Below are positions 50,565-60,284 of a stretch of DNA of 64,000 nt, piece after piece (positions within the stretch are counted from its first letter, which is position 1; every line of letters starts with the position of its first letter). Made by a program: the position numbers and the translations under genes. Source of the DNA: Alphaproteobacteria bacterium (lineage in GTDB: Bacteria > Pseudomonadota > Alphaproteobacteria > JBFXJJ01); contig JBFXJJ010000012.1 in NCBI GenBank assembly GCA_050175015.1, positions 22,549 through 86,548 on the forward strand. Reading direction: 5' to 3'. The notes beneath the pieces are model-generated. The model worked only from the letters and a program-made list of their open reading frames with translations. It was not told where the DNA came from and searched no databases.

Positions 50565-50773
50565 TCGATAAAAGATGGAACTTGGGCTTTCTTTAATTTT
50601 ATAGCAAATCCTCTTATGGCAAACTTTTTGCTGAAACAATAAAATCGAGACATTATTCGTTCTTAATTTTTTTCGATATTAAGGATAAATAATAAAAATG
50701 TATCTTTAGAAAAGATGCTGGGTTAGCAAAATAAAGAAATTTTTATATAACATAACAAAAGTAATTCTATTAA

Positions 50774-51712
50774 ATGACATTTACTATAAAGCAGAACATT
50801 ATAAAAAAAGCCTATGAACTTGGGTTCGATGATATTGGTTTTACTATTCCTGAGCTGTCAGATATAAATCGGCAGCATTTAGTTCGTTATAAAGAGAAAG
50901 GCTATGGTGATGAAATGCCGTGGCTGGTAGATGATATTGATAAACGTTCAAATCCTAAAAAAATATGGGAAAATGTTAAATCGGTTATTTGCTTAGCGGT
51001 TAATATAAAGCCTAATAGTGAGCAGGAAATATGTTCTCAAAATTCAGATTTTGCGCAAATAGCTTTTCATGCCCAAGGAAAAGATTATCACAAAGTAATA
51101 AAGAAACGTCTGATTAAGTTAGGTCATTTTATAAAAGAGGAAACAGGAGCTGATTTTAAAGCTTTTGTTGATACGGCTCCCGTTATGGAAAAACCTTTGG
51201 CCGAGCAAGCTGGTATCGGTTGGCAGGGACGTCATTCTTTGATTGTCTCAAAGAAATTAGGTACTCTTCATATGTTGGGAGAGCTTTTTGTTGATATCGC
51301 TATAACACCAGACAGCCCCTCCGAAAATCACTGTGGAACGTGTAAAAGATGTGTAGATGCTTGTCCTACAGCGGCTATTTCTATAGATTCGGGGATAGAT
51401 GTTCTAAAATGTATTGCCTTTCATACGATTGAGAATAAAGGCGATATTCCTGATGAAGTATCAAAAGATATGGGCAGCAGAATATATGGCTGCGACGCTT
51501 GTGCTAAAGTCTGTCCATTTAATAAATTTAATCAAAAGCCAGGTACAATGTTGGAGCCTCGTCTTTTTAATCTAAGGCTAGATGACTTGGCTCAAATAGA
51601 TGAAAGTGAATTTAACAAACTGTTTCAAGGCACGGGAGTAAAACGAATCGGCTTTCTGCGGTTTAAACGTAATCTTCAAACTGCACGTAAAAACAATCAG
51701 AAATCTAAATAA
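50774..51712 (+). CDS. queG: Epoxyqueuosine reductase
   Basis: G.DYH, FVDTAPVMEK, GIGWQG, CGTCKRCVDACPT, IYGCDAC..VCP.N. Confidence 0.94.
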   Translation: MTFTIKQNIIKKAYELGFDDIGFTIPELSDINRQHLVRYKEKGYGDEMPWLVDDIDKRSNPKKIWENVKSVICLAVNIKPNSEQEICSQNSDFAQIAFHAQGKDYHKVIKKRLIKLGHFIKEETGADFKAFVDTAPVMEKPLAEQAGIGWQGRHSLIVSKKLGTLHMLGELFVDIAITPDSPSENHCGTCKRCVDACPTAAISIDSGIDVLKCIAFHTIENKGDIPDEVSKDMGSRIYGCDACAKVCPFNKFNQKPGTMLEPRLFNLRLDDLAQIDESEFNKLFQGTGVKRIGFLRFKRNLQTARKNNQKSK

Positions 51713-51722
51713 AACTTAAGAA

Positions 51723-52502
51723 CTAATCGAAAAGTTTATCAATATCGTCTTGACCAATACCTTCACCGACAGCGGCTGGGCCAGAAATCGTGACACCACA
51801 GTCTTCTCTAATTCCTATCAGAGGAGCTTCTTTGGCTTCAATTAAGTCCTTGCTGCCCCAAACTTCAATAATGTGGTTAATGCGCTCACTGACAAAATTA
51901 AGTGTTTTAATTGATTTTGTAATACGCTGTCCGGTTAAATCTTGGAAGTTACAAGCTTCAAAGATAGCAGTGGTAAAGTGAATAATTTCGTCAGCTTGCT
52001 GTCCTAGATGGGAATTGGTATTTTCGGCTTTAATAGAGGCTACGACAGCTTCGATATTTTCAGTCATTTCTAAAATTTCATCAGCAGCTTTTTCGGTAGC
52101 ATCTGTAATCGAGTCCAATTCAGAGGTGACAGCATCAATACCGTCATCTTTAGCTCTAGCAATAGGGGCTAATTCCGCAATATCATTCTTGGTTTTTTCA
52201 ATAGCGTCAGAAATTTCTTTTAGTTCAATTTTTAAGTTATCAAATTCAGCTTTTTGTTTCTCAAATGCTTTTTTATCAACAATAATTTGTTCTAATTCCG
52301 ATGCTAAAGATTTTTCTGCATTTATGACGGTGTCATTGCAGTCATTTCTTTGAGAAAGTATTTTGGCGATGGATTTAATGTCGCTTTTTAAATCAATTAC
52401 GTGCTGATTAATATCGTGTAAGGTAAGCGAACCATTAAGGCTTTTGCTTTCTATACGATTGATTAAATCCTTTTCGGCCGAGAAGATTTTCCTCCCTGGC
52501 AT
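51723..52502 (-). CDS. cheZ: CheZ-like chemotaxis phosphatase (alphaproteobacterial type)
   Basis: ELD.I..ATE.A, IFEACNFQDLTGQRITK, GP...QDDIDKLFD. Confidence 0.88.
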   Translation of the reverse strand: MPGRKIFSAEKDLINRIESKSLNGSLTLHDINQHVIDLKSDIKSIAKILSQRNDCNDTVINAEKSLASELEQIIVDKKAFEKQKAEFDNLKIELKEISDAIEKTKNDIAELAPIARAKDDGIDAVTSELDSITDATEKAADEILEMTENIEAVVASIKAENTNSHLGQQADEIIHFTTAIFEACNFQDLTGQRITKSIKTLNFVSERINHIIEVWGSKDLIEAKEAPLIGIREDCGVTISGPAAVGEGIGQDDIDKLFD

Positions 52503-52613
52503 AACGTCCTCACATATATTCGTTTTTTTATAATTTTAATATAATATCGAATAGACGAAAATTAAAAAAAAGGCAATACTACAAATAGATTATATTGAAA
52601 GGTTCTTGATAAC

Positions 52614-53120
52614 TTGAGAGATCAAAAAGAAAATAGAACAAAAGGTTTAAAACCCCTTGGAGATATGTTATCTCACATCGCAAAGCCTATTTTAGGAAAG
52701 AGAGGTTTTGTTGAGACCGATATTATTATGAGATGGCAGGATATTGTAGGTGCAGAGCTAGCTAAAGCAACTAGACCACAGAAGATATCTTTTCCTAGAG
52801 GGCGCAGAGATGGAGGCGTTTTACATATTATGACCAATGGAGGAGGCGAGGCTCTTTTACTCCAGCATAGAGGCAAAATAGTAATCGAAAAAATAAATGC
52901 GTTCTTTGGCTATAAAGCTATTGAAAAAATTAGTATTGTTCAGGGATTTTTTGATGATTCAAAAACCGATTCTGAAGAAAATTTAAAAAAAATATCACAA
53001 GAAAAAAGTAGAGATGAAGATAAACTAAAAATAAAGAACTTAACCGAAGGGATTGCTGATGAAAAATTAGCAGAAGTTTTGGAAGAACTTAGTTTATCGA
53101 TTATAAAAAAAGAACATTAG
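52614..53120 (+). CDS. DUF721 / DciA-family protein
   Basis: W.DIVG, A..LQH....IEKIN.FFGY..I..I...Q. Confidence 0.85.
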   Translation: MRDQKENRTKGLKPLGDMLSHIAKPILGKRGFVETDIIMRWQDIVGAELAKATRPQKISFPRGRRDGGVLHIMTNGGGEALLLQHRGKIVIEKINAFFGYKAIEKISIVQGFFDDSKTDSEENLKKISQEKSRDEDKLKIKNLTEGIADEKLAEVLEELSLSIIKKEH

Positions 53121-53140
53121 TTTTTTAAGGTGTTATCGTT

Positions 53141-53914
53141 ATGGATTTAGATAAAATTGTAAGAATAATCAGCCGCACAATATCAATTTTTATTGTTGGA
53201 GCAACTATGAGTCTCTTTTATTTGGAATCCAAAAATCATATTTATAGTGATGGTTTTGATGTCCTTGGCAGGCTTGGGCTTAGGCAGGGGCATATTATTA
53301 AAGAAGAGTCTTCATATGTTGTTAAAAAACCAGAACCATATGTTGAAAGAAGCGATTGGAGTGAGAAAACCAAAAGTTTGGCTGCAGATAATATTTTTGG
53401 TAAAGAAGATGCTCCTGTAACAATTTATGAGTTTTCATCATTTGATTGTCCTGCTTGTAGTAAATTTCACACTAAAATTTTGCCGCAGATTAAAGAAGCT
53501 TTTGTTGATACCGGCAAGGTCTCTTTTGTTTTTAAGGATTTTCCTTTAAGAGAAACGGGGCTGAAAGCTTCAGTGCTGTCCAAATGTGTTGCCCGTGATG
53601 CTTATTATGATTTTGTCAGCCTTGTGATGAACAACCAAAGAGAATTTTTGTTTGCTCAAGACAGCATATCTTACTTGAAAAAATATGCTTTGAATTTTGG
53701 GCTTTATGATGCCGATGTCGAAAAATGTCTTTCTGATAATGAATTAGAAGCAAAAATAAAAGACAGTAGAAAGAAATATGCTTTAGAATATGAAATAACC
53801 TCAACTCCAACAATTATCTTAAAAAGAAGCGATGATAAAACGATAAAAATAGTGGGAGCTAAATCATTCAAAGAATTTTCAGAAGCAATTAACAGCTTTA
53901 TTTCGCAGCAGTAA
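53141..53914 (+). CDS. DsbA-family thiol:disulfide oxidoreductase
   Basis: G..DAPVTIYEF.S..CPAC..FH, FPL, cis-Pro STPT. Confidence 0.9.
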   Translation: MDLDKIVRIISRTISIFIVGATMSLFYLESKNHIYSDGFDVLGRLGLRQGHIIKEESSYVVKKPEPYVERSDWSEKTKSLAADNIFGKEDAPVTIYEFSSFDCPACSKFHTKILPQIKEAFVDTGKVSFVFKDFPLRETGLKASVLSKCVARDAYYDFVSLVMNNQREFLFAQDSISYLKKYALNFGLYDADVEKCLSDNELEAKIKDSRKKYALEYEITSTPTIILKRSDDKTIKIVGAKSFKEFSEAINSFISQQ

Positions 53915-54146
53915 AAATAACTTTTTAGAGCAGAGATTGTTTTGAAAGCCTATTAACTAGTGTGCTGTAGATGATTCAACCTTCTGCCCCAGTTTAAAAG
54001 AACAACCGTAATTGCAGATGAAACTATCTTTTTGTATTTTTAATATATCATAATAGAATTTTGTATTTGCAATGATTTTGGAAAAGATGTGGAAGGAACG
54101 AAGGCTTTAAAAAATTACAAAACAATCAATAGAACGTAATTTATTA

Positions 54147-55697
54147 ATGCAGTTAGGAAGTAAAGGCGAGTTAACTATGATTAATTCATTGCTACAAAAA
54201 ATAGGACAAGTCGACAAATGGATTTTTTCTAAAAAAACAAAAATATTTTCTTATGAAAATAATAAAATAATATTTCTAACAGAAATTATATTATGTCTTG
54301 TAGTTGTAAATGTTTATATAGCAATAAAACATGGTGCGACTATGTTTGCGTTCTCTTCTGTGGTAACATTTTTATTATTATTATTTATTGGTTTTTTCTA
54401 TGTATTATATTCTGTAATAAAAAATCGATTTAATGTAAATATTGCTTTTATCTTAACTTTTATATCGATGGCGTCATCTGTATTGCTGTTAATGATGTTG
54501 CTTGAAATACATAAAATTAGCATCTTGTCAGCTACTATCTATTTTATAAGTTTGTTATTTTGTGCCTTTTTAATGGTATATTATATGATGTCTGAAGTAT
54601 TTATGAAATTTGGTTCAAGTATAATTTTTATATTACTTCCTTTTATGTTTCCATTGCTAGTAATATCGCTAGAATACAGACATTTCTTTAAATCATCTCC
54701 TCAACCTGACATATATTATGCTATAAAGACGGAGGATACTCAGTTATTAAAAAAAGTTCTTAATCAAAATAATTCCTACGATGACGATATTAACAAGGCT
54801 CTTTTTAATGTTATGCGTTCATCACATTACACTAATAAAAGTCAAGAGCTTGAATTTCTTATAAAACATGGAGCAGATGTAAACAAAAAAAACAATGGCG
54901 ACACATTAGTAATAGCTCTGCTGCACACAGAAGATAATCCTGACATATTGAAAATGTTAATAGATGCTGGAGCCGATGTAACAATCACCGATAATAGGAA
55001 TCAAACACCTTTGATTGTAGCTTATAATTATGGACGGACTAAATCTATAGCGTTACTTAAAAGCTATAAAACGGAGAAAAACGAATATAACGAAACTGAT
55101 TTATATGAAGCTGCTATAACAGAAAACATTGAAAATATTAAAAAAATTACATCTTATGGAATATCTCCCAATACCAAAAAGATAAATGAAAAGTCTCCTC
55201 TCGCAACAATTATAGACATAGGAGACAAACCTAAAGTTGTCCAAGCATTGCTTGACGTTGGGGCTGATCCGAGAGATATGGGCTATATGGGAACCCCTTT
55301 GATGGTTACATATATTTTTGGACGTAAAAAATCTTATGACATATTAAAAGAATATGTCTCTAAAACTAAAGATAAAAACTATAAGCCTCAAAAAAGTGAT
55401 TTACTGGAAGCCGCAACCTTTGGTACTCCAAGTGAGATAACAAAAATAGTACAATCTGGGGTGCCGGTTAACTTCGTGATAAATAACTCCAAAGAAACAC
55501 CTCTTATGTATGCGGCAGAATACAATCCAGACCCAAAGGTAATAGAAGCTCTAATTGCCGCAGGAGCCGATATTAATGCTAAGACAGATATGGGATATAC
55601 GGCATATTACTATGCTCGTTCATCGTCAAAAGAAATAAAAAACGAGCTTTTAAAAGCAGGTGCCAATCCTGACGATGTTAACATTGGCAGATTTTAG
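54147..55697 (+). CDS. Membrane-anchored ankyrin-repeat protein
   Basis: About 5 N-terminal TM helices; repeated GADVN/GADIN, TPLM.A ankyrin motifs; start may be 54177. Confidence 0.88.
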   Translation: MQLGSKGELTMINSLLQKIGQVDKWIFSKKTKIFSYENNKIIFLTEIILCLVVVNVYIAIKHGATMFAFSSVVTFLLLLFIGFFYVLYSVIKNRFNVNIAFILTFISMASSVLLLMMLLEIHKISILSATIYFISLLFCAFLMVYYMMSEVFMKFGSSIIFILLPFMFPLLVISLEYRHFFKSSPQPDIYYAIKTEDTQLLKKVLNQNNSYDDDINKALFNVMRSSHYTNKSQELEFLIKHGADVNKKNNGDTLVIALLHTEDNPDILKMLIDAGADVTITDNRNQTPLIVAYNYGRTKSIALLKSYKTEKNEYNETDLYEAAITENIENIKKITSYGISPNTKKINEKSPLATIIDIGDKPKVVQALLDVGADPRDMGYMGTPLMVTYIFGRKKSYDILKEYVSKTKDKNYKPQKSDLLEAATFGTPSEITKIVQSGVPVNFVINNSKETPLMYAAEYNPDPKVIEALIAAGADINAKTDMGYTAYYYARSSSKEIKNELLKAGANPDDVNIGRF

Positions 55698-55970
55698 AAT
55701 TTTTTATATCTAGAGTATTTTTTGGTTTTACTTTAAATCAAAATCTTAGTTAAAGGATTTGTTTTTAATAAAAGCAAAAGTAAATTTCTTATGGATACAG
55801 GGATTCTATATAAATAAAAGACGCTCTATGAAAAGCAATAAATGAGATAAATTCTTTAAAAACCACTAAAAATGAAAAATATGCTAGTGAACAAAAAAGT
55901 TTCAAAGCTTAAGAAACTTTTAAAAAACATTTATAATTATTTTGAGATTTTATTATAAAAGCCCATTAAC

Positions 55971-56047
55971 TGGCGCGCTCTAGAGGACTCGAACCTCTGG
56001 CCCACAGCTTAGAAGGCTGTTGCTCTATCCAGCTGAGCTAAGAGCGC
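55971..56047 (-). tRNA. tRNA-Arg(TCT)
   Basis: Reverse complement GCGCTCTTAGCTCAGCTGGATAGAGCAACAGCCTTCTAAGCTG...GGTTCGAGTCC...GCGCGCCA. Confidence 0.97.
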
Positions 56048-56059
56048 ATAAACAGCAAA

Positions 56060-56136
56060 TGGTCGGGGCGGTCGGATTCGAACCAACGGCATCTTGCTCC
56101 CAAAGCAAGCACTCTACCAGACTGAGCTACGCCCCG
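56060..56136 (-). tRNA. tRNA-Pro(TGG)
   Basis: Reverse complement CGGGGCGTAGCTCAGTCTGGTAGAGTGCTTGCTTTGGGAGCAAG...GGTTCGAATCC...CCCCGACCA. Confidence 0.97.
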
Positions 56137-56220
56137 AACGAGAACAATAAAATACGTTGTTATGTTCACACTTGCAAGCGTTTTTATTGTTTTTTTGCAA
56201 TTTTTTTTAAACTTTAAGCC

Positions 56221-56721
56221 CTATTTATTAAAAAAGTCGCCCTTAACCTTATCTCCGATGTTTATTTTAAGCTCATTGCAAATCCCGCCAGAAATTTCTA
56301 AGACGTATCTAGTATCAATTTTAGGGGCTAAAACTGCTTCTGAAAAGGGAATCGTGTCAGGAATAATATCTGCCACATCTCCGTTTTCAGAAATGAAAAC
56401 CATATCAAGCGGAATATAAGTATGTTTCATCCACATCTTAATTGGCGTTGTAATGCCAAAGTCAAAAATCATACCTTCTTTCTTTCCAAGAGACTTTCTG
56501 AACATTAATCCTTGAGCTCTTTTCTCCTGATCATCAGCTATTTCAACTACAAAGTTGTGTTCTTCATTTCCAGATATAATGCTTATAGTCGTCTTATCAA
56601 AAACGTTATTGTTTAGGTTTTCTGCGTTTGTTGAGCGTGTTTCAAGTGCGTTTATAACAAGCAAAGAAATAAAAGGCATTATAATAACAGTGATATAAAA
56701 AAGTTTTTTTCGTTGGTTCAT
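56221..56721 (-). CDS. DUF192 family protein
   Basis: VEIA....R.QGLMFR, GMIF, MWMK.T.IPLDM.FI, YVLE; upstream of tRNA-Pro as in other alphaproteobacteria. Confidence 0.92.
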   Translation of the reverse strand: MNQRKKLFYITVIIMPFISLLVINALETRSTNAENLNNNVFDKTTISIISGNEEHNFVVEIADDQEKRAQGLMFRKSLGKKEGMIFDFGITTPIKMWMKHTYIPLDMVFISENGDVADIIPDTIPFSEAVLAPKIDTRYVLEISGGICNELKINIGDKVKGDFFNK

Positions 56722-56804
56722 TTTTTTTATCCTAAAATATTAATAACTTAAGCTCATATATGATATTAATTTTATTATTATTATAAAAAATAGCTATAAA
56801 TATA

Positions 56805-56833
56805 TTGAATTTCGGAAATAAGATATATATCAT
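56805..56833 (+). promoter_or_regulatory. Sigma70-type promoter of candidate sRNA
   Basis: TTGAAT (56805-56810), 17 bp spacer, TATCAT (56828-56833). Confidence 0.55.
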
Positions 56834-56839
56834 ATAGTT

Positions 56840-56924
56840 GATGTTGAAAGCTTAACACCCCCCCCTCAAGTTTTCAGCATTTTTATCGAAAAGCCATACA
56901 ACAAGTATGGCTTTTCTGTTTTTT
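56840..56924 (+). ncRNA. Candidate small RNA with C-rich loop and intrinsic terminator
   Basis: 13-bp stem ATGTTGAAAGCTT/AAGTTTTCAGCAT with loop AACACCCCCCCCTC; terminator GAAAAGCCATAC/GTATGGCTTTTC plus T tract. Confidence 0.68.
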
Positions 56925-57022
56925 GCAGTATATTTCTTTGTTGCTTAATTTTAAGCTTTTTTATTAAAGGTTTTAAAAAATAATAAGCGGCCTTTATGTA
57001 AATGTTTTTTAAGTAGAGATGG

Positions 57023-57595
57023 TTATTTTTTATCTACTTTTTTAAGTATCCATTTAGAAACGCTTACGGGCTTGCCGTCTTGTGAACGCATAACTCTTGG
57101 TCTTAAAACTTGGTCAAGCCTTGGCGTCGGCAAAGTATTTTCTTGTGTGTTTTGAGGGATAGGATTCTCATAATATTCAACCATAGCTTCAATAGAAATA
57201 GGGGTTCTAGCTCCTTTTTTTCGAGCTTCATAATATGGAGGGTGGTTTTTTATAACTTTTGAAAGATATGCCCCAGAATGAGACCCGAATTTGCGCCAGA
57301 TACTGTCCAAAAAATCTTGAATTGACTTAGGCAGAGGTTTTAATTTTAAAAGAGGTTTGCTGTTTTCAAAGACGCAAAACACGTGAGGTTCGATGGGGCC
57401 GTTTTCTTCAGCAATGAATATTGCGGGCATCAGCATTTGATTATTGTTTGCCACTGCAAAATATGCTTGTGCCAGATAAAGAAGCCTTTGAAGCTTCTCA
57501 GGCTGGATATATTCCATATCATTTAGAGCCTTATCAACAAACCAGTAGGCGACGTCAAAGCTAGAATTTACCGCAGAAGCTCTCATTTTTTCCAC
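57023..57595 (-). CDS. Panacea (DUF4065/SocA-like) domain protein
   Basis: DVA.WF, KLQRLLYLAQA, A...GP..P.V motifs. Confidence 0.8.
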   Translation of the reverse strand: MEKMRASAVNSSFDVAYWFVDKALNDMEYIQPEKLQRLLYLAQAYFAVANNNQMLMPAIFIAEENGPIEPHVFCVFENSKPLLKLKPLPKSIQDFLDSIWRKFGSHSGAYLSKVIKNHPPYYEARKKGARTPISIEAMVEYYENPIPQNTQENTLPTPRLDQVLRPRVMRSQDGKPVSVSKWILKKVDKK

Positions 57596-57874
57596 TCAAA
57601 ATTAAAATACATTTTACATTATAGAACGCTTATCATTTAAAATAAAGAAATGTTTAGAATCAAGTGCATAATGTAATTTTTTTATTTATATAGATGTGTA
57701 TTTGCTTTCTATAACTTTTCAACTGCGATTTTGAGAGCTTTTTTGGCTTTTTTATAACTAAAAATTCCATTAAATGACCTTTAATAAGATCACAGAGTTA
57801 CTACGGAAATAAGTTTAAATTGTTGTATGACTTTTGAATATGAAATGGTTAAGCAATAAAAATTTTTAATATCA

Positions 57875-57911
57875 TTGACAATAAATTAATATTTGGTTAT
57901 TATACCAAATA
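57875..57911 (+). promoter_or_regulatory. Promoter and ArsR operator of the ars-like operon
   Basis: TTGACA (57875-57880), 17 bp spacer, TATTAT (57898-57903) centred in the perfect inverted repeat TATTTGGT/ACCAAATA. Confidence 0.7.
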
Positions 57912-57921
57912 AGCAAATAAG

Positions 57922-58245
57922 GTGAAATTTATGGAAAACAAAGCGTTTTATGAAAAAAAAGCAAGCATTCTAAAGGCATTGGCGCACCCAATAAGACTTT
58001 GGATTGTTGATGAGCTAGAAAATGGAGAAAAATGTGTGTGTGAATTTGTAAATGCTACAAATTTAGATTTTTCTACAATATCTAAACATCTGCTTGTTCT
58101 TAAAAATGCTGGAATTATTTCTGATGATAAGAGAGGAAAACAGGTTTTTTATAAATTGAAGTTTTGCTGTGTTTCTAATTTTTCAAGGTGTTTAGCTGCT
58201 TTATTAAAAGAGCAAACCACAGAACAAATAAAAATAATGGAGTAA
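57922..58245 (+). CDS. arsR: ArsR-family metalloid-responsive repressor
   Basis: LKALAHP.RL, EKCVCE As(III)-type motif, SKHL..LK.AG. Confidence 0.88.
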   Translation: MKFMENKAFYEKKASILKALAHPIRLWIVDELENGEKCVCEFVNATNLDFSTISKHLLVLKNAGIISDDKRGKQVFYKLKFCCVSNFSRCLAALLKEQTTEQIKIME

Positions 58246-58251
58246 TTTAAG

Positions 58252-59547
58252 GTGTTTTGGTTTAGTGAATGGCGCAAGCTGGCTTTAATCGTTTTGGTTT
58301 TTTTTATCAGTTTTTTTCTGCCGGTAGGGGTTCCTCGCTTTGATGCGTCTATCCTTGAAGCGCTGTATCTTGTTAAAGAATATGCAAGACTACACATTGT
58401 TTTATGCCTAATACCAGCATTTTTTATTGCGGGCGCTGTTGGTGTTTTTATTAATAAGGCAACTGTTATGAAGTATCTTGGGGCTAAAACAAACAAGGTT
58501 TTAGCTTATAGTGTAGCTTCGGTTTCAGGTACGATTTTAGCGGTATGTTCTTGTACAATTCTCCCCCTGTTTGCAGGCATTTATAAAATGGGAGCAGGGC
58601 TTGGTGTGGCATCGGCTTTTTTATATGCAGGACCTGCCATTAATGTTCTGGCAATAATTTTAACGGCTAGAATTCTTGGGGCAGAAATGGGAATAGCAAG
58701 GGCTTTTTGCGCTATATTTTTTAGTGTTGTTATTGGTCTTGCTATGGCTTTTATCTTCAGAAAAGAAGAAAAAAATCGAGAAGCTAAGCAAATGATGCTA
58801 ACCGATGTTGCTAACAAGCGTAATCTTTGGCAAAGCGGTTTTTATTTTCTAGCAATGATTGGCATCTTAGTTTTTGCTAATTGGGGAAAGCCTCAAATGC
58901 AGGAAGGTGTATGGGCGAGCATTTATAGTTTGAAATGGTATATAACATCATTTTTTGCGCTTGTTTTATCTTTAATTTTAGTTCTATGGTTTGATTTTAA
59001 AGTTTTAAAAGCTGGTTTTTTAATATTAACAACAGCCATTGTTGCATATTTTTTCTCATTCAATCCGATAATTCCTTTTAGTTATGCTGTAATCGTCTTT
59101 TCTTTGTTTGCAGAAAGAGATAAAGGTGAGATTAATGATTGGCTGTATCAAACGTGGTCGTTTGCTAAGCAGATATTGCCTTTGTTACTTTTGGGTGTTT
59201 TTATTGCGGGAATGCTTTTAGGCAGAAATGGACACGAAGGCTTAATTCCAACTTCTTGGATTATTAAAATTGCGGGAGACAATTCGCTGTTGTCGAATTT
59301 GGGAGCATCTCTTGTTGGAGCGTTTATGTATTTTGCGACACTGACTGAAGTTCCTATTTTGCAAGGATTGATGGGTAACGGTATGAATAAGGGACCAGCT
59401 TTAGCCTTGCTGCTGGCGGGACCTGCCATTAGCCTGCCTAGTGTTTTAGTTGTTAATCAGGTTTTGGGTTTTAGGAAAACAGCTACTTTTATTCTTTTGG
59501 TTGTTATTATGGCGACTGTAAGTGGTTTCGTTTTTGGCAATTTATAA
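58252..59547 (+). CDS. arsP: ArsP/DUF318 permease (organoarsenical efflux type)
   Basis: AVCSCTILPLF, FLYAGPAIN, FATLTEVPI, LAGPAISLP; multiple TM helices. Confidence 0.85.
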   Translation: MFWFSEWRKLALIVLVFFISFFLPVGVPRFDASILEALYLVKEYARLHIVLCLIPAFFIAGAVGVFINKATVMKYLGAKTNKVLAYSVASVSGTILAVCSCTILPLFAGIYKMGAGLGVASAFLYAGPAINVLAIILTARILGAEMGIARAFCAIFFSVVIGLAMAFIFRKEEKNREAKQMMLTDVANKRNLWQSGFYFLAMIGILVFANWGKPQMQEGVWASIYSLKWYITSFFALVLSLILVLWFDFKVLKAGFLILTTAIVAYFFSFNPIIPFSYAVIVFSLFAERDKGEINDWLYQTWSFAKQILPLLLLGVFIAGMLLGRNGHEGLIPTSWIIKIAGDNSLLSNLGASLVGAFMYFATLTEVPILQGLMGNGMNKGPALALLLAGPAISLPSVLVVNQVLGFRKTATFILLVVIMATVSGFVFGNL

Positions 59548-59556
59548 GGGGGTATT

Positions 59557-59799
59557 ATGATGAAGATTAATGTTTTAGGTACGGGGTGTCCTAAATGCAA
59601 AACACTTTTAGAGAACGTAACCAAGGCTACTGAAGAGCTGGGGCTTGATTGTGAAATTAAAAAAGTTACGGATATCAATGAAATTATAAGTTTTGGTGTT
59701 ATGTCGGTTCCAACTTTGGTTGTAAACGATAAAATAGTTGTTTCAGGGAAAGCCGCCTCTGTTAATGAATTAAAACAAATTTTAGGAGAAGTTCAATGA
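59557..59799 (+). CDS. MTH895/ArsE-family small thioredoxin-like protein
   Basis: VLGTGCPKC, GVMSVP.LV. Confidence 0.88.
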   Translation: MMKINVLGTGCPKCKTLLENVTKATEELGLDCEIKKVTDINEIISFGVMSVPTLVVNDKIVVSGKAASVNELKQILGEVQ

Positions 59800-60278
59800 A
59801 ACAGGATAAGATATTTACCATATCGTTGACATTTTTTATTTTTGTAGCCGCAGTTTTTTTTGCGTGGGACAATCTTAAAAGTTCTGAATCTAGTGTTAAG
59901 AAAGAAACCAAAGCTCAAGATGAACTTGTTATTCCTAAAAAAGGTGAATTTGTTCAAGTTTTTTATTTTCACTCTAAAGCAAGATGTTCTGTTTGTCATA
60001 CAATTGAGAATTATACTAAAGAATATGTTGATACGAGTTTTAAGGATAAACTAAAAGCTCAAGAAATGGGTTTTGCTTCTTTTAATTATCAAGAGGATAA
60101 AAATAAAAACTACGTAAAAACATTTGGTATTTATATGTCTACCGTTGTTGTTGCTAAATATTATGATGGTGAGTTGAAAACATGGAAATCATTAGATAAA
60201 GTCTGGGAGTTCTTTGATAACAAGGAAAGCTTTGATAAATATTTAGCAGAAGAATTTATGAAAGTTATAAAAGGATAA
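59796..60278 (+). CDS. ArsF-family periplasmic thioredoxin-like protein
   Basis: N-terminal TM helix; YFH...RC.VC..IE, WK.L...W. Confidence 0.8.
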   Translation: MKQDKIFTISLTFFIFVAAVFFAWDNLKSSESSVKKETKAQDELVIPKKGEFVQVFYFHSKARCSVCHTIENYTKEYVDTSFKDKLKAQEMGFASFNYQEDKNKNYVKTFGIYMSTVVVAKYYDGELKTWKSLDKVWEFFDNKESFDKYLAEEFMKVIKG

Positions 60279-60284
60279 AAGCAA

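Noticed and set aside
56020-56217. 65-aa plus-strand ORF
   Set aside because: Antisense to tRNA-Arg and tRNA-Pro
53915-57900. Prophage or integrative element at the tRNA-Arg/Pro locus
   Set aside because: No integrase, phage genes or duplicated tRNA 3' end found by eye
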